64,000 nucleotides of DNA, from contig CAVQKE010000003.1 in NCBI GenBank assembly GCA_963713045.1, positions 800,001 to 864,000 of the forward strand, given 5' to 3'. Source of the DNA: an uncultured delta proteobacterium (GTDB lineage: Bacteria > Myxococcota > Myxococcia > Myxococcales > Myxococcaceae). Within the stretch, counting starts at the first letter, position 1, and the number at the start of each line of letters is the position of its first letter. The notes below the pieces were generated by a model. It ran no database searches. It had not been told where the DNA came from and saw only the letters and a program-made list of their open reading frames with translations. The translations under genes were made by a program, and so were the position numbers. Shown here in pieces: positions 30,441 through 40,066 of this stretch.

Positions 30441-32186
30441 TTAAGCCTCCAGCCCGCGTTGGCGAACCAACTTCTCCATTCCCTCGACCAGCGCCGCCGC
30501 TGCGGCGGACAGCCGTCCTCGTACCACCTCCAACGGCTGGCGCGCGTCTGGAGTTTCGGACACATCCACGTACAGCTTCAGCTTGGGCTCCGTGCCCGAG
30601 GGCCGCACCAACACCCGCGCGCCACCGGCGACGTCAAAGGCGAGGAGGTCCGTCTGGGGGAGGTCGGCACCGCCAGCCTCTCCGCTCAACGGGCCGGCGG
30701 CGTAGTCGCGGACCTCCAGGACGCTTCGGCCAGCGATGCTGGAGGGGGACTTCTGGCGAAAGCCCGCCATCACGTTGGACAGGGTGGTGGCCCCAGCCAT
30801 TTCGGGCAACGCCAAGCTGCGCTGAAGCGAGGTGAAGGCGCCGTACTGCCGTGACACCTCATCGAGGACGTCCAGCACCGTCGCCCCGCGCGCATGCGCC
30901 CACCCTGCCAAGTCGGCCATCGCCACCGCCGCTCCAATCCCGTCCTTGTCGTGCACGGACGGCCCCACCGCATAGCCCAACGCTTCCTCGTAGGCGAAGA
31001 CGAAATGCGCGCCGCTTTGCACGCGGCGCAGCGCGGCGTTGGCAATCCATTTGAAGCCCGTCAGGGTCTCGACGTACTCCGCGCCCAAGGCGCGGGCGAT
31101 GTGGCAGAAGTGTGGCGACGACACCACGGTGGACAGGACGAGGGGACGCGTTTGCTTCGGGCCTTCGCTGAGGAGGTAGTGCCCCAAGAGAATACCCACC
31201 TCGTTGCCGGTGAGTTGCCGCAGCTGCCCGTCGCGTCCCCGGGCCATCACCGCGAGGCGGTCCGCATCGGGGTCATTGGCGAGCACGACGTCCGCCTGGA
31301 CGTCTTCTGCCAGGCGCCTGGCGAGCTTCAAGGCACCGGGCTCCTCGGGATTCGGCGAGGCCACCGCCCGGAAGTCTGGGTCGGGCTGCTGCTGCTCGGC
31401 GACCACGTGGGTGTGCAGAAAACCCGCCCGATGAAGCGCGTCCACCGCCAGCGCGCCGCCCACCCCCTGAAGCGCGGTGTAGCAAAGGACAATGTCTCGC
31501 CCCGCGCGCGGGTGTCGACACTCGGACACCACGGCGTCCAGGTAGCGGGCTCTTAGCTGAGACCCCACCTCGCGCAGCAGGCCCCGGGCGCGTGCCTCGG
31601 CCGGCTCGAGGAGGGGCACGGCGTTGGCTGGGCCGGCGCGGGCCATTTCCAAGGCGATGGCCGTCTCGTCCGGCGGGATGACTTGTGCGCCGTTGGGCCC
31701 GTACACCTTGTAGCCGTTGTAGCCCTTGGGGTTGTGACTGGCGGTGACCACGACGGCCGCCGCCGCAGCCAGGCAAGGCACGGCGAAGGCCGCAAGCGGC
31801 GTCGGTGTGCTGGAAGGGAAAAGCCAGGCTGGAATTCCGGCCGCCGCCAACACGCCAGCCGTCTCCGCCGCAAACTCAGCGCTGAGGTGGCGGGCATCGC
31901 GCGCCACCACCACCCCGCGCTGGACAGCGTCCGGGACCGTGCGCAGCAGCCAGCGCGCCAGGCCGGCGGCAGCACGGCGGACGACGGCCCGGTTCATCCG
32001 CGCCGGGCCGGCCCCCATCAGGGCACGCAGGCCGGCAGTCCCGAAGGCCACCGGCCGCGCAAAGCGCTCCTCCAACTCGACAAAGCGTTCCAGCCGCACC
32101 AACTCCTGCAGCTCTGCACGCGTCGCCGGGTCCGGGTCCCCGGCGAGCCAGGCTTCAATGGCCTCACACAACTCGGCGCGCGTCAT
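30441..32186 (-). CDS. Alpha-D-phosphohexomutase superfamily enzyme (PGM2-like phospho-sugar mutase)
   Basis: FGTAGLR, TASHNP (phosphoserine loop), NDPDADR (metal loop), TLTGFKWI, YEEALGY, DKDG, RPSGTEPKLK. Confidence 0.92.
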   Translation of the reverse strand: MTRAELCEAIEAWLAGDPDPATRAELQELVRLERFVELEERFARPVAFGTAGLRALMGAGPARMNRAVVRRAAAGLARWLLRTVPDAVQRGVVVARDARHLSAEFAAETAGVLAAAGIPAWLFPSSTPTPLAAFAVPCLAAAAAVVVTASHNPKGYNGYKVYGPNGAQVIPPDETAIALEMARAGPANAVPLLEPAEARARGLLREVGSQLRARYLDAVVSECRHPRAGRDIVLCYTALQGVGGALAVDALHRAGFLHTHVVAEQQQPDPDFRAVASPNPEEPGALKLARRLAEDVQADVVLANDPDADRLAVMARGRDGQLRQLTGNEVGILLGHYLLSEGPKQTRPLVLSTVVSSPHFCHIARALGAEYVETLTGFKWIANAALRRVQSGAHFVFAYEEALGYAVGPSVHDKDGIGAAVAMADLAGWAHARGATVLDVLDEVSRQYGAFTSLQRSLALPEMAGATTLSNVMAGFRQKSPSSIAGRSVLEVRDYAAGPLSGEAGGADLPQTDLLAFDVAGGARVLVRPSGTEPKLKLYVDVSETPDARQPLEVVRGRLSAAAAALVEGMEKLVRQRGLEA

Positions 32187-32338
32187 GTGTCGGCGCCCTG
32201 GCGCGTCGGCCTGCCGGCCACAGGCGACTTGGGGGCGAAGCACTCTCCCTGGGGCGACTGTGGCTGAAAGCGCGGGCGGCTCCCACAGCTTTCGTGCCCA
32301 ACCTCTCCGCCTCGAGTGACTGTCAATTACTGGACGAC

Positions 32339-33160
32339 TTACGGCGCGACAAGGGCAACCGAGGCGGACGTGCCAAGGCGGCTGGCGCCGGCCGCGATGA
32401 AAGCCAGCGCCTGCGGGCGGGTGCGGACGCCGCCGGAGGCCTTCACGGCCAGGGCACCGCCGACGACGGCCCGGAGGAGCGCGACGTCCTCGGGGCGCGC
32501 GCCCACTGCGGAAAACCCGGTGGCCGTCTTCACCGCGGCACAGCCCGCCACCAGGGCCAGTCCGGCGCCCAGCACCACCGCCCGCCGCTCCAGCAGTCCC
32601 GTCTCAAGAATGAGTTTTACTGGCCAGGGCCAGGCGGCCTGCACCAAGGCCAGCATGTCCGCCAGCGCCGCCTCCACGTCGCCGGCGCGCAGTGGCCCGA
32701 GGGCCGCCACGGCGTCCAACTCCCGTGCGCCGTCCGCCAGCGCCAGGCGCGCCTCCAGGGCTTTCACCTCTGGCTGGTGGGCCCCGTGCGGAAAGCCCAC
32801 CACCGCAATCGGCACCACCGCTGAGGTGCCCAACGCCTGGGCGAGTCCGCGGACGTGCACCGGGTGAACGCAGGCGCCGCCGAAAGCCCAGGCGCGCGCC
32901 TCAGCCGCCAGCTTTTGGACCTCCTCCGGCAGCGCATCCGGCCGCAACAGGGTGTGGTCGAGGTAGGGCGCCAATGCGGCCGGCGAAGCCAAGGCTTCCA
33001 GGGCCCCCTGGCCCCAGGGCAGCTGCTGCACCGGGCCGCCCGGACGCAGAAGGCCAAAGGCGGCGGGAGTCAGCGCGTGGGGAAACTCGGGCCCAGCCGG
33101 CCAGGCGGCCACCGCCGACGCCCAGGCACGGAGGGCCGGACTGTCGACGGGCCCACTCAC
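32339..33160 (-). CDS. deoC: Deoxyribose-phosphate aldolase, with an N-terminal extension
   Basis: LDHTLLRP, VVGFPHG, GARELD, VKLILETG, VKTATGF, VKASGGVR, GASRLGTS. Confidence 0.92.
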   Translation of the reverse strand: MSGPVDSPALRAWASAVAAWPAGPEFPHALTPAAFGLLRPGGPVQQLPWGQGALEALASPAALAPYLDHTLLRPDALPEEVQKLAAEARAWAFGGACVHPVHVRGLAQALGTSAVVPIAVVGFPHGAHQPEVKALEARLALADGARELDAVAALGPLRAGDVEAALADMLALVQAAWPWPVKLILETGLLERRAVVLGAGLALVAGCAAVKTATGFSAVGARPEDVALLRAVVGGALAVKASGGVRTRPQALAFIAAGASRLGTSASVALVAP

Positions 33161-34443
33161 AACGTGGTGGTGAGGACCAGCGGAATTTCGACGTCCACGT
33201 CGGCACCGGTGAAGGAGGAGAAGACCATCCGCTTGGCCCGCGCCTTGAGGCAGCCGCCCAAGTCGGTACCGTCCAAGTCACGGCGGTCCAGCTGCACCTG
33301 CTTCACGGTGCCGGAGCTACCGACGGTGGCCACCAGGCTGACTTTTCCCCCGCGGAAACCGGGATTCTTCCGCAGCTGCTGCTCAATGCACGACTGGAAG
33401 GCGCTCTGCGCCTGGCCGACGACGCGCGCGACGTCCTCATTGCTGGGGCCGGCGCCACGCTGCGCCGCCGTGTCGGCTTCGGAGCGCCGAACGCGCGGAC
33501 CCACGTCGGGCTTTCGCCCATCGCCGTAAAGGGCCCGCAGCTCGGCCGTCTGGGCCCCGTCCTGAGGCGGTTTGGCAGCTGCCTTGGCCTCGGGCGGCGC
33601 CGGCTGGGCGTGCTTGGCGGGGACTTGGGGGGCTGGGGCCTCGGCCGGTTTTCCGAGAAGCATTTCCCGCAGCCGCTGCACCCGGGGCACCTTGGGCGGC
33701 GGGCCAGGCACCGGGGCCTGGTCGGCAGGTGTCTCCCCGTGGGCCTCGACCACCGCCGGCGGCTGGCGCAGGGACACCAGGAGGGCCAGGCCCCCCACCG
33801 GCAGCACCAACACCGCGCACAGCGCGAGGGCCAGCTTCCAGGGGCTGCTGCGGCGCAAGCCCTGGGGGATGTAGTCCGGCTCGGGCCGAGGCGTGCGCCC
33901 GCGAGGCCGCATGCGCGACAACTCCAGTTCCAGCTCCTCCTCCGCCGGGGGCCCGGAAACGGCCCTGGCGCGGGAGGGCGGGGTGGTGATGGCGGGGGGC
34001 GTGCTGCTGCGCGGCGGCGTGCGTGCCCCGGAGGGCGTCCGCCCCCGAGGCGGGGACAGGCCGTCGGCCGGCGTCAGGGGACCGTGGGGGGGCGTGCTGG
34101 GAAAGCCGGCCTGCTCCAGCACCGGGAGAAGCTCGGGCACTTCGAGGGCACGCCGCCACCCGTCAAAGCCGTCCCGCCAGACGAAGGTGCGGCCGTGCAC
34201 CTCGCCGCTGCGCACCCTCTCCACCAGGGCCTGGCCGTCCAGGGGGCCGGTTTGCTTGCCCTGGATGAGGATGAACCAGTCCGGGTCCGAGGGCACCGGG
34301 TCCGGCTCGGCGTCCTCCCAGGAAGCCGGTCCGGCGGAGACGCGGACGCGCGCCCCGCACTCCGGACACGTCACTGCCTCGGGCCGGTGCCCCCCCTCCG
34401 GCAGGGAGAGGGCTCGTCCACAGCTGTCGCAGGGAACAATCAA
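33157..34443 (-). CDS. Zinc-ribbon + GYF_2 + TM + AgmX/PglI-type C-terminal domain protein (GltJ-like architecture)
   Basis: CDSC...CPEC; WFILIQGKQTGP...TFVWRDGFDGWRR...VPEL (GYF_2); TM; FQSCIEQQLRKNP...LGGCL; start re-called at TTG 34443. Confidence 0.75.
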   Translation of the reverse strand: MIVPCDSCGRALSLPEGGHRPEAVTCPECGARVRVSAGPASWEDAEPDPVPSDPDWFILIQGKQTGPLDGQALVERVRSGEVHGRTFVWRDGFDGWRRALEVPELLPVLEQAGFPSTPPHGPLTPADGLSPPRGRTPSGARTPPRSSTPPAITTPPSRARAVSGPPAEEELELELSRMRPRGRTPRPEPDYIPQGLRRSSPWKLALALCAVLVLPVGGLALLVSLRQPPAVVEAHGETPADQAPVPGPPPKVPRVQRLREMLLGKPAEAPAPQVPAKHAQPAPPEAKAAAKPPQDGAQTAELRALYGDGRKPDVGPRVRRSEADTAAQRGAGPSNEDVARVVGQAQSAFQSCIEQQLRKNPGFRGGKVSLVATVGSSGTVKQVQLDRRDLDGTDLGGCLKARAKRMVFSSFTGADVDVEIPLVLTTTL

Positions 34444-34529
34444 CGGGTCGGCCCCTATGGTAGCCGACGTCGGTTGACTTCGGGGGGGGACGCCACTAAG
34501 GACGCCGCCCTTTAGACCAGGTGAGGGCA

Positions 34530-34805
34530 ATGCCCGCGAAGGACCTCGGCAGCAAGCACATCTGTTTCAAGTGTGGCACCAAGTTCTACGACCTCAAGAA
34601 GCCGGAGGCGCTTTGCCCGAAATGTGGGGCAGACCAAAAACAGAGTCCGGCCAATCGTCCGGCGCCTGAACCGCGCAAGGGCCGGCTGGCGGCGGTGCCG
34701 AAAGTCATTGAGCCGGTCGCGCCGGTCGAGCCCGAGGGCGTCGTCGAGGAAGAGGAGCTCGAGACCTTCGAGGACGAGGCCGAAGTGGAAGAGGACGAAG
34801 GCTAG
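34530..34805 (+). CDS. FYDLN-acid family zinc-ribbon protein
   Basis: [22 protein letters not shown]...CPKCG plus an acidic tail. Confidence 0.85.
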   Translation: MPAKDLGSKHICFKCGTKFYDLKKPEALCPKCGADQKQSPANRPAPEPRKGRLAAVPKVIEPVAPVEPEGVVEEEELETFEDEAEVEEDEG

Positions 34806-34808
34806 GGG

Positions 34809-35285
34809 CTACCCCCGGCTGGCGAGCCAGTCGGCGACGGCCTGTCCGGTGCCAAAGGGCCAGGGGCGAAGTCGCTCGGGCGGGACCGCGCGCAGCTCGG
34901 CAATCTCCTCGCCCAGCGCGACGGTGCCGGTGGCCCGGACGTGGTAGGCGAGAATGACTTCGTTGCGCTCGGCAAACGCATAGACGCCAATCAACCCCAC
35001 CACTTCTCCGGCCAGCCCGAGCTCCTCCTGAAGCTCGCGCAGCACCCCGGCGGCGGGCGTCTCCCCGCGCTCCAGAAAGCCGGCGACGAGGCCGAACCAC
35101 TTCTCCGGCCAGCCGCGGTTGCGGACCAGCAGCACCTGCCCCTGGTGCTCGACCAGCGCGGCCACCACCGGCAGGGGGTTGTTGTAGAAGACGAAACCGC
35201 AGTCCGCATCCGGGCACGCCCGCCGCGGACGACCGCCCTCTTCGCGCGCCTGTAGCGCGCGCGCGCAACGTGGACAGAAATTCAA
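34809..35285 (-). CDS. NUDIX hydrolase with N-terminal zinc ribbon
   Basis: FCPRC...CPDADC..FYNNP; Nudix box GFLERGETPAAGVLRELQEELGL. Confidence 0.9.
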   Translation of the reverse strand: MNFCPRCARALQAREEGGRPRRACPDADCGFVFYNNPLPVVAALVEHQGQVLLVRNRGWPEKWFGLVAGFLERGETPAAGVLRELQEELGLAGEVVGLIGVYAFAERNEVILAYHVRATGTVALGEEIAELRAVPPERLRPWPFGTGQAVADWLASRG

Positions 35286-36061
35286 AGCCTTTCTCCCAAC
35301 TCAAAGTCGCTGGCGGGCGCGCCCTCTGCCACCCGGACGGCCCGCGAGACTTCCGCCAGCCTCGGGTGCCACAGGTGCAACTCGTACTCCCCAGGGCTGA
35401 GCCCAGAAAGCCGGAAACGGCCGTCCAGACCGGTGGTGGTGAAGTGCGAATGGGCAAAGGTGCGGACGGTGGCGTGCATCCACGGGTGGACGTCGCAGCG
35501 AATGTCCAGCACGCCCGGCTGCGGGGGGAGGGGGCGGATGAGCTGCATCCCCTCGAGCGGCATGGCCAGGTTGAAGACACTCTGCCCTCCCTCAAATGCG
35601 TGGATGGTGTGGGTGAGGGGGTCGGAGTTGCGAATGCGCAACACACCCTGGGCACGGGCGGCAAGTACTGGCGGCCAGTAGAGGCACCCCCGTTGGTCGA
35701 GCACCTGCGGCTCCGCGTCCGCCGCAGGCGCTGCCTCCGCCGGGGCGTCCACCCACACCACCACGTCCGCCACGCCGCCTTCAGCGTCCAGCCGAAGCGA
35801 ATTGTCCACCACCGAGGTGCCGCAGGCGCTTTGGACTGACGCGGTGGTGGCCAGTGGGGGCAGTGCCGGCCGGGGCCCGCGCCACAAGGCGCGCCCAGCG
35901 AAGCTGGCTGAGGCGGGCTGGGCCGCGCCTGCGGGGCCCGAGGCGGGCTTCGGCTGGTCGGCTGCGCCCGGCCCGGCGTCTGCGGTCGAGCGCCTCGGTG
36001 GGTGACAACCGAGCAAAGCGGCACAGAAGGCCCCAGCAGCGAGTCGGACGACGTGGGTCAC
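35282..36061 (-). CDS. Lipoprotein with cupredoxin-like / carboxypeptidase-regulatory-like domains
   Basis: Lipobox LLGC; LDQRGC.Y.P, NSDPLTHTIH, RCDVHPWM, GEYELHLWHP; start inferred at GTG 36061. Confidence 0.7.
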   Translation of the reverse strand: MTHVVRLAAGAFCAALLGCHPPRRSTADAGPGAADQPKPASGPAGAAQPASASFAGRALWRGPRPALPPLATTASVQSACGTSVVDNSLRLDAEGGVADVVVWVDAPAEAAPAADAEPQVLDQRGCLYWPPVLAARAQGVLRIRNSDPLTHTIHAFEGGQSVFNLAMPLEGMQLIRPLPPQPGVLDIRCDVHPWMHATVRTFAHSHFTTTGLDGRFRLSGLSPGEYELHLWHPRLAEVSRAVRVAEGAPASDFELGERL

Positions 36062-36130
36062 GTGGGAGGCAAGCTTGCCATGCCGAAGAGGGCGTTGGCG
36101 CGCCGGGGGGTTGCTGTTAGAAGGCCCACC

Positions 36131-36877
36131 GTGCAGGACAAACTGATGGCCCTGGCAGAGCTCCAGAAGCTGGACCTGGAATCCGCCGCACTCCGCAAAG
36201 CTGCGGAGGTTTACCCGAGGCAGATGGCAGAGCTCGAGCGAGAGCTCGCCACCGCACGCGGGGCGATGGAAGCCGAACGCGCTCGGCTGCTGGACGTCGA
36301 GCGGCAACGGCGCACCCTCGAGCAGAACATCGCCGACGAGAAGGAAAAGGTGAAGAAGTGGGAGGGCCGTCTGGCCGAGCAGCGGTCGACCCGGGAATAC
36401 GCCGCGCTGGCCCGTGAAATCGACATCGCGAAGAAGGCCAACCTCACCATGGCCGAGGAGCTGGTCGAGCTCGGCAAGGCGATGGCCACCCTGCGCGAGG
36501 CGGTGAAGCAGAAGGAGCAGGAGCACCTGGCCCGGGTCGACCAAGTGGGCAGTCGGCTGGCCGAACTGCGTCGGGAGTCGGAAAGCTACAGCGCTCAAGT
36601 GAAGGGGATGGACGGCCGGCGCACGGCGGCCGCCTCGCGCGTCCACCCACCGCTGCTCCAGCGCTATGAAACGGTCCGGCGTAGGCGCATGCCGGCCCTG
36701 GTGACCGTGGTGGCCGGCACCTGTCAGGGCTGCAACATGAATGTGCCGCCCCAGCTGTACAACACGCTGAAGACGACGCTGGGGACAGACATCTGCCCGT
36801 CCTGTCACCGCATCATTTGCGCACCCGAGGCCATCGAGCCTGAGGCCATGGCCCGAGCCCCCGCCGCCAAGGGATGA
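36131..36877 (+). CDS. Coiled-coil protein with C-terminal C4 zinc ribbon (DUF164-type)
   Basis: LAELQKLD, long coiled coil, CQGCNM...CPSCHRI; typical neighbour of rnhA/rnpB. Confidence 0.88.
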   Translation: MQDKLMALAELQKLDLESAALRKAAEVYPRQMAELERELATARGAMEAERARLLDVERQRRTLEQNIADEKEKVKKWEGRLAEQRSTREYAALAREIDIAKKANLTMAEELVELGKAMATLREAVKQKEQEHLARVDQVGSRLAELRRESESYSAQVKGMDGRRTAAASRVHPPLLQRYETVRRRRMPALVTVVAGTCQGCNMNVPPQLYNTLKTTLGTDICPSCHRIICAPEAIEPEAMARAPAAKG

Positions 36878-37512
36878 GTCCCGAGCCGTCCCGGTCGGAG
36901 CTGCTGCGGGCCATTGCGCGCCTCGAGGGCCTGGAGGGAACGCTGCTCGCCCATCCGGGACTGACGCTGGAGCGAGCGCGCGGGCTGATTCGCGCCGCGG
37001 CCGGCGCCTTGGAGGCGGCGGACCTCTCCGCCTCGCCCTCCACCTCCCGGCCTGACACCAGCAGGGGCGCGGGGCGAACTGGCCACCACCCTCCTCGGCA
37101 GCTGCGCGTCTTCTCCGACGGGGCAAGCCGCGGAAACCCAGGGCCCGCCGGCGCCGGGGCCGTGCTGGCGTTGCCCTCGGGCGAGGTGGTGGAACGTCTG
37201 GGCCTGTTTCTCGGCCAGCAAACCAACAACCATGCCGAGTACATGGGCGCGCTCTTGGGGCTGCGACGTGCCCGCGCGCTGGGCGCGGAGGAGGTCGAGC
37301 TGGTGGCCGACAGCCAACTCCTCATCCGCCAGCTGGGCGGGCGCTACCAGGTGAAGAGCAAGACTTTGCGCCCTCTCTACGAGGAGGCCCGCGCGCTGTT
37401 GGCCTCCTTTGCGCGGCACCGCCTCACCCACCTGCCCCGCGAGGAGAACCGCGAGGCGGATGAGATGAGCAACCGCGCCATTGACGAAAGGCTGGACGGC
37501 GGCCCGGTTTAG
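36874..37512 (+). CDS. rnhA: Ribonuclease HI family protein
   Basis: FSDGASRGNPGPAGAG, TNNHAEY, ADSQL, HLPREENREAD. Confidence 0.9.
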   Translation: MSPEPSRSELLRAIARLEGLEGTLLAHPGLTLERARGLIRAAAGALEAADLSASPSTSRPDTSRGAGRTGHHPPRQLRVFSDGASRGNPGPAGAGAVLALPSGEVVERLGLFLGQQTNNHAEYMGALLGLRRARALGAEEVELVADSQLLIRQLGGRYQVKSKTLRPLYEEARALLASFARHRLTHLPREENREADEMSNRAIDERLDGGPV

Positions 37513-37584
37513 ACTGCCTGCGGCCCCCCGGGGCACGGTGGGCTGCTGGCGTCCTGGGGGCGCCTCCTGCTAGAGGCTAGCGTT

Positions 37585-37989
<405 letters not shown>

Positions 37990-37997
37990 GCTGTTTG

Positions 37998-38543
37998 TTA
38001 GGGCTGCACCAGAAGCCGCGCCAAGAGCACGCGGTTGTTGTCGGTGCGCACCATGTCCGGCGCCTTCACCGGTAGCCGGGCGTCGGTGCGGGGCAGCCAG
38101 AATCCCACCCACAAGTCCATGCCCCGCTGCGTGCTGCCCGCCGGCAGGCCGACGGCGAAGGTGTCCTCGATGGTTTCCCCCACCCGCCAGCTGCTGGTGG
38201 GGCGGAGGCCGCCCGCCGGTGCATGGTCGAAATTGGCGCGTGGGGCTTTGCCGTCCGGGTCCTCGGCGTGGACAAACACCTCCCAGTCTTGGGGCAAGGG
38301 CTGAAGCACGCGGAAGTACAGCTTCACCTCAGTCACATCTCCCGGGGTGAGGAGTGGCGGATTGAAGGAGGCGGCCATCAGCTCCACCTTCCCGTCGAAG
38401 ATGGAGCCATTGCGGACGCCGGCAGGCCGGCTACCCGGCCGAGCCGCCGTCACCGGGGCGCCAGGGGACTGCTTGTCGCCGCCCGGCGCTTCGACGATGC
38501 AGCCGAGGGGAAGGAGGGCAAAGAGGAGGCGGAGGTGTCGCAT
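37998..38543 (-). CDS. Hypothetical lipoprotein with a single Ig-like domain
   Basis: MRHLRLLFALLPLGC lipobox; VFVH...NFDHAP...TSSWRVGETIED...LWVGFW. Confidence 0.7.
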   Translation of the reverse strand: MRHLRLLFALLPLGCIVEAPGGDKQSPGAPVTAARPGSRPAGVRNGSIFDGKVELMAASFNPPLLTPGDVTEVKLYFRVLQPLPQDWEVFVHAEDPDGKAPRANFDHAPAGGLRPTSSWRVGETIEDTFAVGLPAGSTQRGMDLWVGFWLPRTDARLPVKAPDMVRTDNNRVLLARLLVQP

Positions 38544-38616
38544 GGGCGTGTGGCTGACTCCCTTAGGCTGCTCGACGCTGCAACCGCTAGCGTCTTGTTG
38601 TATTCGAGGCGCCCCC

Positions 38617-40050
38617 ATGCTGGCCGCCCCTGTCCGCCTGCTTGCCCTGCCCATGCCCACTTGGGTGGAAGCGGCGGCGGCCGCCGCCCTGCTGCTGCTG
38701 TTGGCCCTGGCCATCCTGCTGTGGCGGCGGCGCGTCGGCGGCCCCGGCGAGGCGTCGGCCAAGCTTCCTCCGTCCCCTGAGGAAAGCCCCGAGGCGCTGC
38801 GGTACCGGGCCGAGGCCCAAGCCGCCCGAGAGCGGGCGGCCGCCCTGGCGCAGCAGCGGAGCGGCCGGGCCACTGCCGCCGAGCGCGCGCAAGACGCCAC
38901 CACCCGGACGGCACTGGAAGCCGAAGCCCGCCGCTTGAAGGCCTCCGAAGAGGAGGCCAAGCGGGAGGCCTACCGGGCAGAGAAAGCCGCGGAACAGGAG
39001 GCCCGGAGCCGCCGCGCTGCCGAGCAACAAGAGGCCGCCCGCCGCGAGGAATTGGCTGCCGCCGAGGCGCGGGCCGAGGCGGTCCGGCGCGCCCAGGCCG
39101 AGGCGGCCGCAAGCCAGGCGCGGCTGCAGGCCGAAGCCGGACAGACGCTGGCGGCTGGCCTCGAGCGCACGCGCTCCCAGGGTTTCGTGGCGCGCCTCAA
39201 CGGCGTCCTCGGCGCAAACCGCAAAGTCGACGCCGCCGTGCTGGCTGAGCTGGAGGAGGCCCTCTTCGGGGCGGACATTGGAGTCCGGACGGCGGCCCGG
39301 CTGGTAGAGACGGCGCGCGAGCAGGCCCGAAGCGGCGAGATGGCCGACGCCCCCCGCGTCAAGGCCCTCATCGAGGCAGAAGTGGCGCGCATTGTGGAGC
39401 TGCCCGTGCCGCGCTCGCTCGAAGGCGGCGGGCCGCCACACGTGGTGATGGTGGTGGGCGTCAACGGCACCGGCAAGACCACCACCATCGGCAAGCTGGC
39501 GGCGCGGCTGACGTCCGCCGGAAAGCGCGTGGTGCTTGCCGCGGGGGACACCTTTCGAGCGGCGGCCACCGAGCAGCTCGACGTCTGGGCGGCCCGGGCC
39601 GGGGCTTCCCTGGTGAAGGGCGCTGAAGATTCGGACCCGGGCGCGGTGGTCTACGAAGCCGTGAAGCAGGCGGTGGCAACCCAGGCTGACGTGGTGCTGG
39701 CGGACACCGCCGGCCGCCTCCACACCAAGGCGCCCCTCATGGAGGAGCTGCAAAAAATCAAACGCGTCCTGGGCAAGGCCCTTCCGGGCGCCCCGCATGA
39801 GGTTCTGCTGGTCCTGGACGCGACGGTGGGACAAAACGCCATTGCCCAGGCGATGCGCTTTCACCAGGCGGTGGGCGTCACCTCCATCGTCCTCACCAAG
39901 CTGGACGGCACGGCCAAGGGCGGCGTCATCATCGGCATCGCTGACGAACTCAAGCTGCCCGTCTCCTGGGTGGGTGTGGGAGAGAAGGCGGCGGACCTCC
40001 ACCGCTTCTCGGCGGCCGATTTCGTCCAGGCCCTGTTTGCGCCGCCCTAG
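38617..40050 (+). CDS. ftsY: Signal recognition particle receptor FtsY with N-terminal TM and coiled coil
   Basis: [39 protein letters not shown]; start 38617 or 38653. Confidence 0.95.
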   Translation: MLAAPVRLLALPMPTWVEAAAAAALLLLLALAILLWRRRVGGPGEASAKLPPSPEESPEALRYRAEAQAARERAAALAQQRSGRATAAERAQDATTRTALEAEARRLKASEEEAKREAYRAEKAAEQEARSRRAAEQQEAARREELAAAEARAEAVRRAQAEAAASQARLQAEAGQTLAAGLERTRSQGFVARLNGVLGANRKVDAAVLAELEEALFGADIGVRTAARLVETAREQARSGEMADAPRVKALIEAEVARIVELPVPRSLEGGGPPHVVMVVGVNGTGKTTTIGKLAARLTSAGKRVVLAAGDTFRAAATEQLDVWAARAGASLVKGAEDSDPGAVVYEAVKQAVATQADVVLADTAGRLHTKAPLMEELQKIKRVLGKALPGAPHEVLLVLDATVGQNAIAQAMRFHQAVGVTSIVLTKLDGTAKGGVIIGIADELKLPVSWVGVGEKAADLHRFSAADFVQALFAPP

Positions 40051-40066
40051 CGCTGGGGCCAGGGGC

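Noticed and set aside
35282..37126. 614-aa minus-strand ORF, and similarly extended ORFs 40067-42592 and 1170-2672
   Set aside because: Only the 3' portions are protein-like; the extensions overlap genes on the other strand or frame, so starts were re-called
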